In this document: one piece after another, positions 18,321 to 29,116 of the stretch
Layout: the number at the start of each line of letters is the position of its first letter
How positions within the stretch are numbered: the first letter of the stretch is position 1
Source: Candidatus Omnitrophota bacterium
GTDB taxonomy: Bacteria > Omnitrophota > Gorgyraeia > Zapsychrales > Fredricksoniimonadaceae
Assembly: GCA_013285735.1 (NCBI GenBank)
Contig: JABDGZ010000002.1
Span: 81,621-145,620 of the forward strand
Reading direction: 5' to 3'
DNA: 64,000 nt
Notes under the pieces: generated by a model
What the model was told of the DNA's origin: nothing
The model's input: only the letters and a program-made list of their open reading frames with translations
The model's database searches: none
Program-made: the position numbers and the translations under genes

Positions 18321-21221
18321 TTAAGGACTTGCTTGCAACTGGGAAAGTAAAGGTGTTTGGCTTGCGGGTATGATGGAAAGGATATCAGGCTCCAAACCTG
18401 CAATATTACTTAGCTGGGCTAAATCTTGTTTAGCCAATGGTAGTACTACACCTCTGCCATCACGCTTGATCTGCATGTTCAAATTAGCAGCATTTAAATC
18501 GATACCACCGAGGGGTGTTTTATCAGGAGCAATTTCCCTGGCTGCCACTGGTTGAATTTTGTGCCCAAAAGAAGGGGTATTATTTCTCCAGGCATTAGGT
18601 ACTCCAAAAGCTTGCATTGCTAAGACCAGGGATGCAATGGACATTGTAAATCTTCCATCAATTGTTATTGTAAGTGCCTCGTCGGAGAGAAGAACATCCA
18701 ATCTATTGATCAAATCTACAGGATCTTCACGTTCAGCTGCAACAGGGGCACCCAAGACTTCACTTACCCTTTCTATCGTTGTTTCGAGATCTTCAGTTAA
18801 CTTACGCTGTACCTCGAAACTTACTGAATCACGCGAACGAAAAATCTTAATATCTGTTAAGACTCTTGTTTCGGCCCCTCCTAGGGTTTCGTGAGCTTTG
18901 TTTACCCTAATAAAAATATCGCTATTAGGAATTCTTTTTTCATAAGATTTACGTACCCACATTAAATCTTCCTCTGGCTCTGGATTATTATCTGCAAGTC
19001 TAACTAATGCTTTAACACCCGAAGCCGTACCCAAAACCTTAGCACCTAAAAACATATTTGCTGTACCATTACTATAAAGCTTAAAAGATTCTACCTGCCC
19101 TTTGACAGCAATTGTCAATGTATCCTGGTCATGACCTATATACCGCCCATTAATTTCTCCAATTTCATCATCTTTACCTATTCTTAAAAAAGTTACTTGA
19201 ATATCTTTATCGATAAGATTTTCAGATTTATCAATTATTTGATCAGCTTTCAATGTTTGACGAACAGTATTCACTGCATTTTGAAATACTACAGCAGGTT
19301 CTTCACCACCAGCAAATTTCAAATTCTTCTCATATTCATACTTTATCCATGATGCTACTGATACGGGATGTATATAAGATCCGGTAGTTATTTGATATTG
19401 AATAAGACTTTCTCCCCACTTAGAAGTGATTTTTGTTGAACCCCCACTAAAATCTTCAGGATCATAAAATTTACTTACTGATACAGGAACTCCACCTATC
19501 TTTCTTCCACCTTGCATCACCCTTCCTTCTATTTTTCGAAGTCCTACGTCTGGATTAACACGGCCAACAACTGCAAATAAAGGCTCCTCATCAGCTGATT
19601 GAACCTCTACAGTCGGTTGAACCGGCTTTCTAAATCGCGCCGCCAAAGCTTCCTTAATAAGCATATCACCAATATTCGGTCTTAGTCGGGTAGGATTCAA
19701 TGCTCTATTGATAACAATCTCTTCAAAAAACTCACTTACTATTTGAGGATCTTGCATCATGTAGATTAAATTTACTTCTTTTCCTCCATTCAGGGACATT
19801 GTATAAGGCCCAATGAGTTCACGTTTTTTATGATCAGTGCCAAAAATTTTGTCATCAACTCCTATTCCAGAAAGTTCACGCAATAATTCCACAACGATTT
19901 CTTTGATTTTTAGTCTTTTCTCGCTGTTATTAATTAAATCCTTCAAATGAACATTCCCAGGAGTACTAAGGAATTGATTCACTTGTCCTTCTGCTTCTGC
20001 TTCGTTTATCATCGCCACATCTGGAGTTGTTTCTCCCATAGCCACTAGAGCGACATCTTCATATGTAATACCATCTTCCAACATGCCGCTATCTCTAGGG
20101 GGAAGATTTCTTATTTCTTTCATCGCAGGATGGCCAAGAACTCTTGCAGATATATCTGGATCATATCCGTCCACTAATCCACCAGAAAAATATTTCCTAG
20201 GGATTGCTTCATTAGTGTATTTATCTATATCTTCCTTAATATAGTTAAACACACCTTTTTTATACGCCCTCAGATAACGCTGATAAATGGCTTCATTATT
20301 TTGGGGATTTTGATCAATACCTTTAATCTTAGTCTTATCTGCGTAAATTTGGCCCAAGATAGATTGCTTTAGCGTCCGCTTAAACCATGCTGCCAAAAGC
20401 ATGCCGCTATAGACTTGACGTAAAAGAGCAAAATTCTTGGCCGTGTTGACTTCGCGTTCAAGGGCGGGTAGGACGATTTCTCGGACGACTTGGGAACCGA
20501 GGGTGTTGATGTTGTTCTGGATTCCCGCTTTCGCGGGAATGACAGATGTTATACCTGAATGTTTTTGTAAAGACAGGTAATCTTCTTCTAACATCACTTT
20601 TAAATGGTTTTTTAACACATAAGCTGTATTGCCTTTTTCATAGATGAGAGCGTCATCCGGGATGATCCAGACTTTGTTGAAGGTATTGACCGGGATATTG
20701 GTTGTCCCGTACTGCTGCTGAGCTTTCGCATATACTTTATTCCAGAACTTCTTGCCTAAATCTTCTTCCGGATATATTAGGGAAGCAGTGATTTGTTTGA
20801 GGATATAATCCTGTGACAGCAAATCACGGCCCATCAGGGTTTTACCAAAATCATCCTTGATAATGCGGTCCTTTTCATAAGGAGATAAATTAACCCACTG
20901 GTCTTCATCCGGGATTGCTAAAGAGGCCAAAAAATATTTGATGAGTTTTTTATATTCTACTTTTTTCTCTTCATTATTTAAAAACTTATCTCCTCTGTGA
21001 ATGATAAAATCAAACATTAATGGATTTTCAGGATGGATAGTAATTCCTTTTAATTCTGCTGGAGTAAAATCAGGACTTAAATTTAAGCGCACACCGGGCT
21101 TTGGCATCCATGGCATCTGGCTTTCAAAAGCCAATTGGGCGTAAACCGGAGCTTGAAAGGATGAGCCTATAAAGGACACGAGTACAGTTAACGCTATAAT
21201 ATCGCGTAATTGTTTGCGCAT
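18321..21221 (-). CDS. Large Sec-signal protein P2 (966 aa from the preferred start): shared N-module, unknown core, GGIDL C-module
   Basis: The track ORF is 18321..21254. I prefer the ATG at 21219-21221 because MRKQLRDIIALTVLVSFIGSSFQAPVYAQ parallels the P3 start MLKQLRISIVLTVLVTFIGSS. The N-module runs to PRKYFSGG (~20180). The last 63 aa (18321..18512) begin LGGIDLNAANLNMQIKRDG. It contains an in-frame REP copy (VIPAKAGIQ). Confidence 0.8.
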   Translation of the reverse strand: MRKQLRDIIALTVLVSFIGSSFQAPVYAQLAFESQMPWMPKPGVRLNLSPDFTPAELKGITIHPENPLMFDFIIHRGDKFLNNEEKKVEYKKLIKYFLASLAIPDEDQWVNLSPYEKDRIIKDDFGKTLMGRDLLSQDYILKQITASLIYPEEDLGKKFWNKVYAKAQQQYGTTNIPVNTFNKVWIIPDDALIYEKGNTAYVLKNHLKVMLEEDYLSLQKHSGITSVIPAKAGIQNNINTLGSQVVREIVLPALEREVNTAKNFALLRQVYSGMLLAAWFKRTLKQSILGQIYADKTKIKGIDQNPQNNEAIYQRYLRAYKKGVFNYIKEDIDKYTNEAIPRKYFSGGLVDGYDPDISARVLGHPAMKEIRNLPPRDSGMLEDGITYEDVALVAMGETTPDVAMINEAEAEGQVNQFLSTPGNVHLKDLINNSEKRLKIKEIVVELLRELSGIGVDDKIFGTDHKKRELIGPYTMSLNGGKEVNLIYMMQDPQIVSEFFEEIVINRALNPTRLRPNIGDMLIKEALAARFRKPVQPTVEVQSADEEPLFAVVGRVNPDVGLRKIEGRVMQGGRKIGGVPVSVSKFYDPEDFSGGSTKITSKWGESLIQYQITTGSYIHPVSVASWIKYEYEKNLKFAGGEEPAVVFQNAVNTVRQTLKADQIIDKSENLIDKDIQVTFLRIGKDDEIGEINGRYIGHDQDTLTIAVKGQVESFKLYSNGTANMFLGAKVLGTASGVKALVRLADNNPEPEEDLMWVRKSYEKRIPNSDIFIRVNKAHETLGGAETRVLTDIKIFRSRDSVSFEVQRKLTEDLETTIERVSEVLGAPVAAEREDPVDLINRLDVLLSDEALTITIDGRFTMSIASLVLAMQAFGVPNAWRNNTPSFGHKIQPVAAREIAPDKTPLGGIDLNAANLNMQIKRDGRGVVLPLAKQDLAQLSNIAGLEPDILSIIPASQTPLLSQLQASP
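20517..20543. repeat. REP-like element copy 2, in frame inside P2
   Basis: ctggattcccgctttcgcgggaatgac; the minus strand is translated as V-I-P-A-K-A-G-I-Q (aa 238-246 of the track ORF). Confidence 0.9.
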
Positions 21222-21386
21222 AGATTTATTTGTATCTAGAAAATATGGGGGCATATTCCCATTCCACTAAAAAATTCATTTCCTAGATAAAGAGTGCCAT
21301 ATAATTTATTGCTTGTCAAGGAAGGCAGGGGTTAAATTATGTAAGACTATTATTTCCAATATGTTATGAAATAAATAATTTAATAT

Positions 21387-23906
21387 TTATTCATACCCAT
21401 ACTTTTTGATAAACCATACCTTCATGGCCTGAACAGACCATAAATAGAATCCTACAATAGCGATGAGGAATAAAAAGAACGAGGCAGGCGGCATAACGAA
21501 TTTAAAATAAGCCCCAAGCGGTGTATACGGAAGGACCAGGGCTACCGATATAATGTATATGGATGTGAATATTAAAAATGGACTTGGCCAACTTTCGACA
21601 AATGGTATTTTACCAGTACGGATAATATGAATAACCAGAAGCTGCGTACACATGGATTCTAAAAACCAACACGTGGCAAACAAGGCAGGCCCGGCATGAA
21701 AGATAAAAAGCAGCACACCAAAGGTTAAATAATCAAAAACAGAGCTAAGCGGTCCAAAATACATCATGAATTTTTTAATATAGTCAACATTCCATGACCT
21801 TGATTTTAAAAGATACTCTTCATCCACTTCATCAGAAGGGATCGCAACCTGGGAGATGTCATAGAGAAAATTATTCAAAATAATTTGTATCGGATACATA
21901 GGCAGAAACGGCAAAAGAAAACTCGCCCCTGTCATACTGAACATATTACCAAAATTCGAACTCGCCCCCATTTTAATATATTTGAATATATTACCAAACA
22001 CCCTTCTTCCTTCCAAAACACCATCACGTAACACCATTAAATTCTTCTGCAAAAGAATAATATCTGCGGATTCTTTGGCGATATCCACCGCATTATTAAC
22101 GGAAATCCCTACGTCCGCTGCTTTCAAGGCTGGTGCGTCATTAATACCATCCCCCAAAAAGCCCACCGTATGACCATTGCGGTGCAGGGCATGGATGACA
22201 CGCTCTTTTTGTAAAGGCGAAAGCCTGGCAAAAACCGTGGTTGTCTTCACTAAATCTTTAAGTTGGTCGTCACTAATTTTTTCTAACTGAACCCCGGTCA
22301 AAAGCCCTTTAATATCAAGCCCCACATCGCTGCAAATTTTCTTGGCAACTAGATCATTGTCCCCGGTAAGCACCTTAAGTTCGATACCGAGTTTCCTTAA
22401 TACTTCGATCGTTTTTTTAGCTGTTGGCTTTGGAGGATCAAGAAAGGCTATATAACCTTTTAAAACAAGGTCTTGTTCATCGTCCTTGGAATAAACTTCC
22501 TTATTAACACCCATGTCTTTATAAGCAACAGCCAAAACCCTGAAACCATCCGCACTTAAAGTATCATATTCTTCCTTTAAATCCGTCAATACAATTTGAT
22601 CTAAATCTTCCAACTCCCCATCCAATTCATACTTTTTACACCGCTTTAGAATTTCTTCAGGAGCACCCTTAGCGATAATCTTATGCTTCCCCTCCATGTC
22701 CACTACCACTGACATGATCCTTCGGGAGAAATCAAAAGGCATTTCATCAACTTTTTTATATTGCTTAACGACTAATTTTTCATATTTTAAAACCGCTTTA
22801 TCTAAAATATTCTTAAGGCCTGTTTGATAATAACTATTCAGATACGCCAATTTTAAAACACCTTGATCTTCTTTTCTGACCACATCACAATATTTCTCCA
22901 AAACGATCCTGTCTAAAGTCAGGGTCCCTGTTTTATCCGTGCAAAGCACATCCATCGCGCCAAAATTCTGGATGGAATTTAAACGTTTGACGATGACGTC
23001 TTTTTTAGACATCGCAATCGCCCCTTTGGACAAATTGATCGTCACCAGCATGGGAAGCATTTCAGGGGTCAAGCCGATGGCCACGGCTAACGAGAACAAA
23101 AGTGCTTCCATCAAATTACCCTTAGTAAAATAATTGATAGCACAAATAACAATGACCAAGATCACCATGGCACGGATCATAAGCCAAACAAATTTATTAA
23201 TACCACGATCAAAACTCGTCGGCTGGTTGATGGATGAAAGCCGTTTTGAAATTTCACCAAATTCGGTGGCCAAACCTGTTTTAATAACTACTGCTAAAGC
23301 GGTACCGCTCACCACACTTGACCCCATAAACGCAATGCTATTGGTCAGGGGTGTTTTTTCCACCGGCATGGATTCACCAGTCAACGCTGACTGATTAATA
23401 AACAAATCTTTGGCTTGAATGATCCTGATATCTGCAGGAATCATATCTCCGGCAAATAAATCTACGATATCGCCAGGTACGACCTCTCTAATAGAAATTT
23501 CTTTAGGCTTGCCGTTACGGTATACTGTCGCGGTGGTGTGCACCATTTCGCTTAATTTATCTGCTTCCTGACCCGCGCGATATTCCTGAAAAAAACCAAG
23601 AGCAACGCTCATGAAAGCCATGACACCAATAATAGAACCGCTGACCGCGTCCCCAGTAAGAAAACTGACAGCTGCTATAACAAGAAGTAAAACAACCAGT
23701 GGATGAAAAAACTTGAGGATAAACTGAAGGACCAAGGTTCTTTTCTGCTTTCTGGCAGCTTCATTGAACCCATATTCATCGAGGCGTTTTTGAGCTTCAG
23801 CTTCAGAAAGTCCGCTAGAGTTGGTCTGAAATTTCTCAAAAAGGATCTCTTTGGAACACGTTTTATAATCAAAATCAAATACTTGAGGCTTTTGTTTATT
23901 GTTCAT
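21387..23906 (-). CDS. mgtA: Magnesium-translocating P-type ATPase (MgtA-like, 839 aa)
   Basis: DKTGTLT, TGDN and GDGINDAPALKAADVGISV motifs with 10-TM topology. The N-terminal region has MgtA-like features. Confidence 0.85.
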   Translation of the reverse strand: MNNKQKPQVFDFDYKTCSKEILFEKFQTNSSGLSEAEAQKRLDEYGFNEAARKQKRTLVLQFILKFFHPLVVLLLVIAAVSFLTGDAVSGSIIGVMAFMSVALGFFQEYRAGQEADKLSEMVHTTATVYRNGKPKEISIREVVPGDIVDLFAGDMIPADIRIIQAKDLFINQSALTGESMPVEKTPLTNSIAFMGSSVVSGTALAVVIKTGLATEFGEISKRLSSINQPTSFDRGINKFVWLMIRAMVILVIVICAINYFTKGNLMEALLFSLAVAIGLTPEMLPMLVTINLSKGAIAMSKKDVIVKRLNSIQNFGAMDVLCTDKTGTLTLDRIVLEKYCDVVRKEDQGVLKLAYLNSYYQTGLKNILDKAVLKYEKLVVKQYKKVDEMPFDFSRRIMSVVVDMEGKHKIIAKGAPEEILKRCKKYELDGELEDLDQIVLTDLKEEYDTLSADGFRVLAVAYKDMGVNKEVYSKDDEQDLVLKGYIAFLDPPKPTAKKTIEVLRKLGIELKVLTGDNDLVAKKICSDVGLDIKGLLTGVQLEKISDDQLKDLVKTTTVFARLSPLQKERVIHALHRNGHTVGFLGDGINDAPALKAADVGISVNNAVDIAKESADIILLQKNLMVLRDGVLEGRRVFGNIFKYIKMGASSNFGNMFSMTGASFLLPFLPMYPIQIILNNFLYDISQVAIPSDEVDEEYLLKSRSWNVDYIKKFMMYFGPLSSVFDYLTFGVLLFIFHAGPALFATCWFLESMCTQLLVIHIIRTGKIPFVESWPSPFLIFTSIYIISVALVLPYTPLGAYFKFVMPPASFFLFLIAIVGFYLWSVQAMKVWFIKKYGYE

Positions 23907-25200
23907 ATCGTGTCACCGCCACTGTCAGCCCAAAGAGTAACCACATAAACACCCCAAGTTGGACCGTATAAAAAGTATTATCAAAAAAACTTTGCACCAT
24001 AAATCCAAATAAACCAGCCAAACTTCCCTGCAGCAAAGCCAACATCCATGAATCCTTTATCTGTTTACAATAATTAAAACCATGCACTACTACAACAAAT
24101 ACCATCCATAAAAAACAACTTAAGCCCAGCAATCCGATCTCCGCTGTCATCTGAAGATAGCAATTATGGGCATACCACCATGTTCTTTGATTAGGGTTTC
24201 GTTTAAGGATTCTCCCATAGGTGTTGAGCCCTGTCCCATAGATAGGGGATGATTGAATGATCGAAACCGCTTTCGTCCAAAAGAGAACGCGCCCTGATCC
24301 ACCATCCTCTAAAATAGAATTAACACTCTGATTCTGGGCATTCCCGCCATTATTATCATTGATCAAATAAAGATGACGTACATTATTTAAAGAAGGTAAA
24401 AAGATAAAAATAAAAACTAATAATAACGCTCCAGCAAATAACAATTTACGTCGATCCAACAATACCATCATCAACAATATAATTAAATACCCGATAAAAG
24501 CACTCCTGGAATAGGTCCAGCACAAACAAGCTAATAATAAAACTACAAAAAAAGCTAATCCTGCTTGCCACATCCAAGATCTATGACGAGTAATCGCTGT
24601 AAATAACAAATGAGTAACCAGCCCGGTAACAGGCAATAGATACGCCCCTAAGCCATTGGCCGAGAAAAAAAATGCATTTACTCTTCCACCAGCAATAAGA
24701 TGCCCTTTTAAAAGATCCCTGCCTGCATAATGCTGAAACACCCCGTCTAAAACCGTTATAAAAGCAGCTGCTAAAAAGAAATTCAAAAATAACCGAATCC
24801 GCTTATCGTTTCTAAAAGCTTCTATAAAACTAAAATATAAAAATACGGATTTTAGAAACTTACCAAAAAAAGCTAAAAAACTAAGCATCGGGTATTGACT
24901 AAACAGAACAGAAATAAAAACAGCTAAACTTAAAAATTGCAGGGGGAGATTAAGAACATTTTCAGGCGGGGCCAGCCCTCGACAGATGGAAGTAGGCCAA
25001 TGGACAACAATACGGTTTATTTTTTTAAAAAAATAGAAAAAAACAGCAAGCGCTGCAAAGGAATCAAGGAATGCAATGGAAACAGGCAAAACAAGAATCA
25101 AAGCGCAAAGAGAAACAACAATACCCCCATCACAAAAAGACTCGATGGTATCTTGAGAAAGTGTTGATTTATTGGGAGTAGCCATATTGCTTATAATCAA
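23896..25200 (-). CDS. O-antigen ligase (Wzy_C) family membrane protein
   Basis: 434-aa polytopic protein with a ...WWYAHNCYLQMTAEIGLLGL... loop typical of the Wzy_C/WaaL family. Confidence 0.7.
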   Translation of the reverse strand: MIISNMATPNKSTLSQDTIESFCDGGIVVSLCALILVLPVSIAFLDSFAALAVFFYFFKKINRIVVHWPTSICRGLAPPENVLNLPLQFLSLAVFISVLFSQYPMLSFLAFFGKFLKSVFLYFSFIEAFRNDKRIRLFLNFFLAAAFITVLDGVFQHYAGRDLLKGHLIAGGRVNAFFFSANGLGAYLLPVTGLVTHLLFTAITRHRSWMWQAGLAFFVVLLLACLCWTYSRSAFIGYLIILLMMVLLDRRKLLFAGALLLVFIFIFLPSLNNVRHLYLINDNNGGNAQNQSVNSILEDGGSGRVLFWTKAVSIIQSSPIYGTGLNTYGRILKRNPNQRTWWYAHNCYLQMTAEIGLLGLSCFLWMVFVVVVHGFNYCKQIKDSWMLALLQGSLAGLFGFMVQSFFDNTFYTVQLGVFMWLLFGLTVAVTRYEQ

Positions 25201-25438
25201 TGCCTAATGCATCCATATCCATTTTCATAGGCCCATGAAACCCAAAGGGTGTTTCCATAAAAAAAGCATCGACCACATCTTTTTGTGAAACCGACTGACG
25301 ATTCTCACTACGAGCGTTCTTTTCTGCTTTTTGTGACACCTTTGTTGCCGCGATAGGGCGCAAAAAAACCGGGATCTTGGCTAAAATCGCCTCAAAATTA
25401 TCTTTGGCTTGTTTTTCCCAACCCATCGGCTCGTTCAT
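25169..25438 (-). CDS. Small PCP_red-like protein (89 aa)
   Basis: W.K.A...FEAIL.KIPVFLRPIA..KV..KAE..AR resembles the protochlorophyllide-reductase 57-kDa C-terminal-like domain. Tentative. Confidence 0.45.
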   Translation of the reverse strand: MNEPMGWEKQAKDNFEAILAKIPVFLRPIAATKVSQKAEKNARSENRQSVSQKDVVDAFFMETPFGFHGPMKMDMDALGIDYKQYGYSQ

Positions 25439-25770
25439 TTTATTCTAATATCATCTGCACTGACATGATCTTCGTAATAGGATTTTCCCCAGCCAACTAT
25501 CCTGTTATTGATCAAACAAACCGGAACTTTTTCCTGATCCGCAGAAATGTTCATATCAGAAGATCCATGGCTTCTATGATACATATAAAATTCTACCCTG
25601 GTCAGGTCAGTTTTCTTATATATTTCTATTGAATCCGGCGTTCCTAATAAATCAATCATCTGTAATTTTGTCATGCCATATTGCGGCTCAGCAAAAGGTT
25701 TCACTATTACCTTAGCGTGCGCACAACCGATCATGCTTAGACACAAACCGATGATCAAAAGTTTCTTCAT
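25435..25770 (-). CDS. Small lipoprotein (111 aa), BamE/SmpA-like fold suspected
   Basis: Lipobox LSMIGC. The sequence ...MTKLQMIDLLGTPDSIE... resembles SmpA/OmlA-type domains. Confidence 0.4.
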   Translation of the reverse strand: MKKLLIIGLCLSMIGCAHAKVIVKPFAEPQYGMTKLQMIDLLGTPDSIEIYKKTDLTRVEFYMYHRSHGSSDMNISADQEKVPVCLINNRIVGWGKSYYEDHVSADDIRIK

Positions 25771-25775
25771 ATTAT

Positions 25776-27182
25776 CTATCCTTTTAACCCTTCTCTAAAA
25801 GCCTCGTCAAAAAGATCGATTGCCAGGTCTATTTCTTTGTGCGTTATATACAAAGATGGCGCCAGGGTAAAAACATTCTTAAAATACCCGCCGATACTCA
25901 AAAGCAAACCCTGTTCACGGCCCCCTGCCATTAATTTCCCTTTTAAACCGATATTCATGACCCTGTCTGTTAATTCACGATCCGGGGTACGCCCGTCTTT
26001 CTGACAAATTTCAATGCGCAGGGCCAACCCTAACCCATCCACATCCCCGATCTGCGGGTATTTTTTCTTTAACTCTTTTAGCCGATCGAGTAAATACTTG
26101 CCCTTTTCAGGGACGCTGGACGAAAAATCAGACTTTTCGATAAGATTCATGACACCCAACGCCGCGGCAGTACCTATAGAATTAGAAGAATAGGTGGAAT
26201 GCGTTGAGCCAGGTGGAAAAACTTCCGGAGAGATTAAATGTTCCTTAGCCCAGATGCCTGAAAGCGGATTAAGACCATTGGTACAAGCCTTACCAAAAAC
26301 AATAATATCCGGGACCACATCAAAATGCTCAATCGCCCACATTTTACCTGTGCGGTAAAAACCCATGTGCACTTCATCTGACACAAATAAAACACCAAAA
26401 CGGTCGAGTAATTTTTTTAGTTCCTTAAAATATCCCTTCGGAGGAACAATATAACCTCCGGTCGCCTGCACCGGCTCGACAAAAAATGCCCCATATTCAC
26501 AATTCTTGGTTTTAGGATTAACCAACGAATAATATTCTGATTCAAATAGTTTCTCAAAATCCTTAAAACAAGACATATCGCAGCAATCAGCACCACGGTT
26601 AGAAGGGCAACGGAATTGGTAAGGATAGGGAACAAAATGGGCCCTGTCGGCAAAATGCCCGTAATGCTCGCGGTAACGGTAGCTGGAAGTGATTGCAGTT
26701 GCTCCCAGCGTACGTCCATGATAACCACCCATAAAGGCAAACGCTGAATTCTTTTTGGTATAATTACGGACGATCTTAATCGCATCCTCGATGGCAGCTG
26801 CACCACCGATGTTAAAATGCACCCTGCCTTTTTCGCCAAATGTTTTTTCAATATTCTTAGCTATTTTTTCGGCAAGCAGGATTTTTTCTTCATGCAAATA
26901 TTGACAGGATAATTGTGGAAGCGCGTCAATCTGGTCTTTAACAACATTATTTATATACTCATTCTTATAACCAAAATTGGCAACCGAATGCCACATTTGT
27001 AGATCAAGGTATCGGATCCCATGGCTGTCATAAACATAAACGCCCTCAGAACGGCTAAAAAGTTTCAACTCTTTGGTGTAATGAACGGTGTCGCCCCAAG
27101 AACAATATTTAGCTTCTTTGGCTAAAAGTATCTCTTCTTTAGAGAGATCTACATCTTCACCAGAACGTGACAACTGATCCAT
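25776..27182 (-). CDS. Class III (omega) PLP-dependent aminotransferase
   Basis: 468 aa. Motifs ...GGAAAIEDAIK..., FVSDEVHMGFYRTGK, PDIIVFGKA (PLP lysine). Confidence 0.85.
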   Translation of the reverse strand: MDQLSRSGEDVDLSKEEILLAKEAKYCSWGDTVHYTKELKLFSRSEGVYVYDSHGIRYLDLQMWHSVANFGYKNEYINNVVKDQIDALPQLSCQYLHEEKILLAEKIAKNIEKTFGEKGRVHFNIGGAAAIEDAIKIVRNYTKKNSAFAFMGGYHGRTLGATAITSSYRYREHYGHFADRAHFVPYPYQFRCPSNRGADCCDMSCFKDFEKLFESEYYSLVNPKTKNCEYGAFFVEPVQATGGYIVPPKGYFKELKKLLDRFGVLFVSDEVHMGFYRTGKMWAIEHFDVVPDIIVFGKACTNGLNPLSGIWAKEHLISPEVFPPGSTHSTYSSNSIGTAAALGVMNLIEKSDFSSSVPEKGKYLLDRLKELKKKYPQIGDVDGLGLALRIEICQKDGRTPDRELTDRVMNIGLKGKLMAGGREQGLLLSIGGYFKNVFTLAPSLYITHKEIDLAIDLFDEAFREGLKG

Positions 27183-27292
27183 GAACGCACCTTCCTTAAA
27201 ATTAAAAAATAGGCCTTAAAAACAGCTTTAACATAAGAATTTGGCATTATAGCATAAATAAATAAACTGTCATTGAATTAAACTACTTGGCC

Positions 27293-28168
27293 TTACTTAG
27301 AACGTGAAAGTGATTTGCGCATCTGCAGTAACTCTTTTTGACGTTGCGGGTCTAATTTAGGGTAAGACATTTTTAAACTTTTAAGGGTATCTACGATGAT
27401 CTGGGAGATGACCAGGTGCGCGTTTTCTTTATCATCAGCAGGGACAACATACCAGGGTGATTTAGATGTGCTGGTGGCACTTAAGCAAGCCTCATAGGCT
27501 TTCATATAATCTTTCCAAAACTTCCTCTCCTGAATGTCGGCAAGGCTGATTTTCCAGTTTTTTGAAGGATCATCCATGCGTTTAAGAAATCGCTGACGCT
27601 GCTCTTCTTTGGAAAGGTGCAGATAAAATTTAATGACCCTGGTCCCATTATAACTAAGATGTTTTTCTAAATCCCTGATAGAGCGATAGCGCTCTTCCCA
27701 AATAGTCTTCGGACTTAAAAGATCCTCTGGTATCTGCTCTCCCTGAAGAATTTCAGGATGCACCCGGGCAATCAAGACTTCTTCGTAATAGGAACGATTG
27801 AATATACCTATCTGTCCACGTTGAGGTAGATCACGGGTTGTACGCCATAAAAAATCATGATCTAATTCTTCAGGGCTTGGATGTTTAAAACTAAAAACCT
27901 GACAGCCTTGAGGATTAACACCAGACATCACATGCTTGATAGCACCATCTTTACCAGCAGCATCCATGGCCTGAAAAATCAACAATAGCGCATAACGGTT
28001 ATCCGCGTAAAGGATATTTTGCAAACTGCTTAATTCCTCAATATGCCGCTCTAAAATTTCTTTGTATTGATCATTAGACTTGTAAAATGATTTGATAGTT
28101 GTTGGACGTTTTTTAAGTTCAACATTACGTCCTTCCATCACCTGAAAGTCTTTAACATTGATCTTCAT
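27293..28168 (-). CDS. ppk2: Polyphosphate kinase 2 family protein
   Basis: [16 protein letters not shown] (Walker A-like), FNRSYYE and DDKENAHL motifs. This is the single-domain 291-aa form. Confidence 0.88.
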   Translation of the reverse strand: MKINVKDFQVMEGRNVELKKRPTTIKSFYKSNDQYKEILERHIEELSSLQNILYADNRYALLLIFQAMDAAGKDGAIKHVMSGVNPQGCQVFSFKHPSPEELDHDFLWRTTRDLPQRGQIGIFNRSYYEEVLIARVHPEILQGEQIPEDLLSPKTIWEERYRSIRDLEKHLSYNGTRVIKFYLHLSKEEQRQRFLKRMDDPSKNWKISLADIQERKFWKDYMKAYEACLSATSTSKSPWYVVPADDKENAHLVISQIIVDTLKSLKMSYPKLDPQRQKELLQMRKSLSRSK

Positions 28169-28176
28169 TTTTTCCT

Positions 28177-28797
28177 TTATTGCTGCTGGGATTGTGAATT
28201 GGTAGTAGTTACGTCTTTATCCGGTGTCGTAAGCGGATCTGGCACGTTGTTAACAGGCGGCGGAGGAATCATTTTTTGAATTTCAGCCTTCAACGAATTT
28301 ATATTTTCTTTAAGTTCAGGAATATTTAAAGCAGTTAACCCATTCTCAAAATTCTTTGTTTCTGCCTGGGAATCATCCATTTTTTTCTCAAGTTCTGCTA
28401 AAACAGAAACGTAGTCTTTCTGCCATCCTTTCATGTCCTGCTTGATGGCATCTGCTTCCGCTTTAATATCTATTAAGGAAGTTTGAACTGCTTTATTCTC
28501 ATTTTCTACCTGTTGCCTTTTTGCTACCTCCTGAAGAAAAGCATCATTTTGAGCAGACAACTGGTCTTTCTGGTCTTTGATCTGCTGCTCGGAATCTTCC
28601 AAATCTTTGCCAATACGTTCTATTTGATCTTGTTGGTATTTAAATTTATTACTGTTGAATTCTGCCTCTACATCAAGCTTATCCTTCATCGAACTCAATT
28701 CATTCTTTTGTTTCTCACAAAAATTATAAAACAGCACATCAAAGGCTATAAAAATAGCGACTATGATTAAAATAATGACTTTTAAAATGTTATTCAT
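28177..28797 (-). CDS. Membrane-anchored coiled-coil protein, function unknown
   Basis: N-terminal TM helix ([20 protein letters not shown]), a ~140-aa K/E/Q-rich heptad region and a Pro/Thr/Gln-rich tail. Confidence 0.5.
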   Translation of the reverse strand: MNNILKVIILIIVAIFIAFDVLFYNFCEKQKNELSSMKDKLDVEAEFNSNKFKYQQDQIERIGKDLEDSEQQIKDQKDQLSAQNDAFLQEVAKRQQVENENKAVQTSLIDIKAEADAIKQDMKGWQKDYVSVLAELEKKMDDSQAETKNFENGLTALNIPELKENINSLKAEIQKMIPPPPVNNVPDPLTTPDKDVTTTNSQSQQQ

Positions 28798-28817
28798 AAG
28801 TATGATCCTTCTCGTGT

Positions 28818-28847
28818 GTCATTCCCGAATGCTTCTTGGGGGAATGC
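28818..28847. repeat. Divergent REP-like copy
   Basis: gtcattcccgaatgcttcttgggggaatgc shares the gtcattccc...gggaatg arms with the 27-nt element but has a different loop. Confidence 0.45.
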
Positions 28848-28924
28848 ATAATACAGTCAAGTATACCCTATAAAAAACAAATTTGCCATTTTTCAAGCCA
28901 AGGCAAAAGTGTTACTATATCAGC

Positions 28925-29116
28925 ATGTCTTTAGAACAATTTGAGAGTTTTTCCTGCCCTTATTGCGGAGAAGCTAATGAGCTTTTGGTTGATGTCAGCG
29001 GTGGGGCGCATCAGGAGTTTGTGGTGGATTGCGAGGTATGCTGTGCGCCTATTGTCATACGCTTGATAATACGTGGAGAGGATATTTCTATGGATGTGCA
29101 GAGGGAAAACGAATAA
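28925..29116 (+). CDS. CPXCG-motif zinc-ribbon protein (63 aa)
   Basis: MSLEQFESFSCPYCGE...VVDCEVCCAPI has paired Cys motifs. The track ORF starts at a TTG at 28883, but the ATG at 28925 gives the usual family length. Confidence 0.7.
   Translation: MSLEQFESFSCPYCGEANELLVDVSGGAHQEFVVDCEVCCAPIVIRLIIRGEDISMDVQRENE

Noticed and set aside
21222-21254. Upstream start (MPPYFLDTNKS) for paralog P2
   Set aside because: The downstream Met gives MRKQLRDII..., which aligns with the P3 start MLKQLRISI... and forms a normal signal peptide. The extension has no counterpart in the paralogs. The choice remains uncertain.
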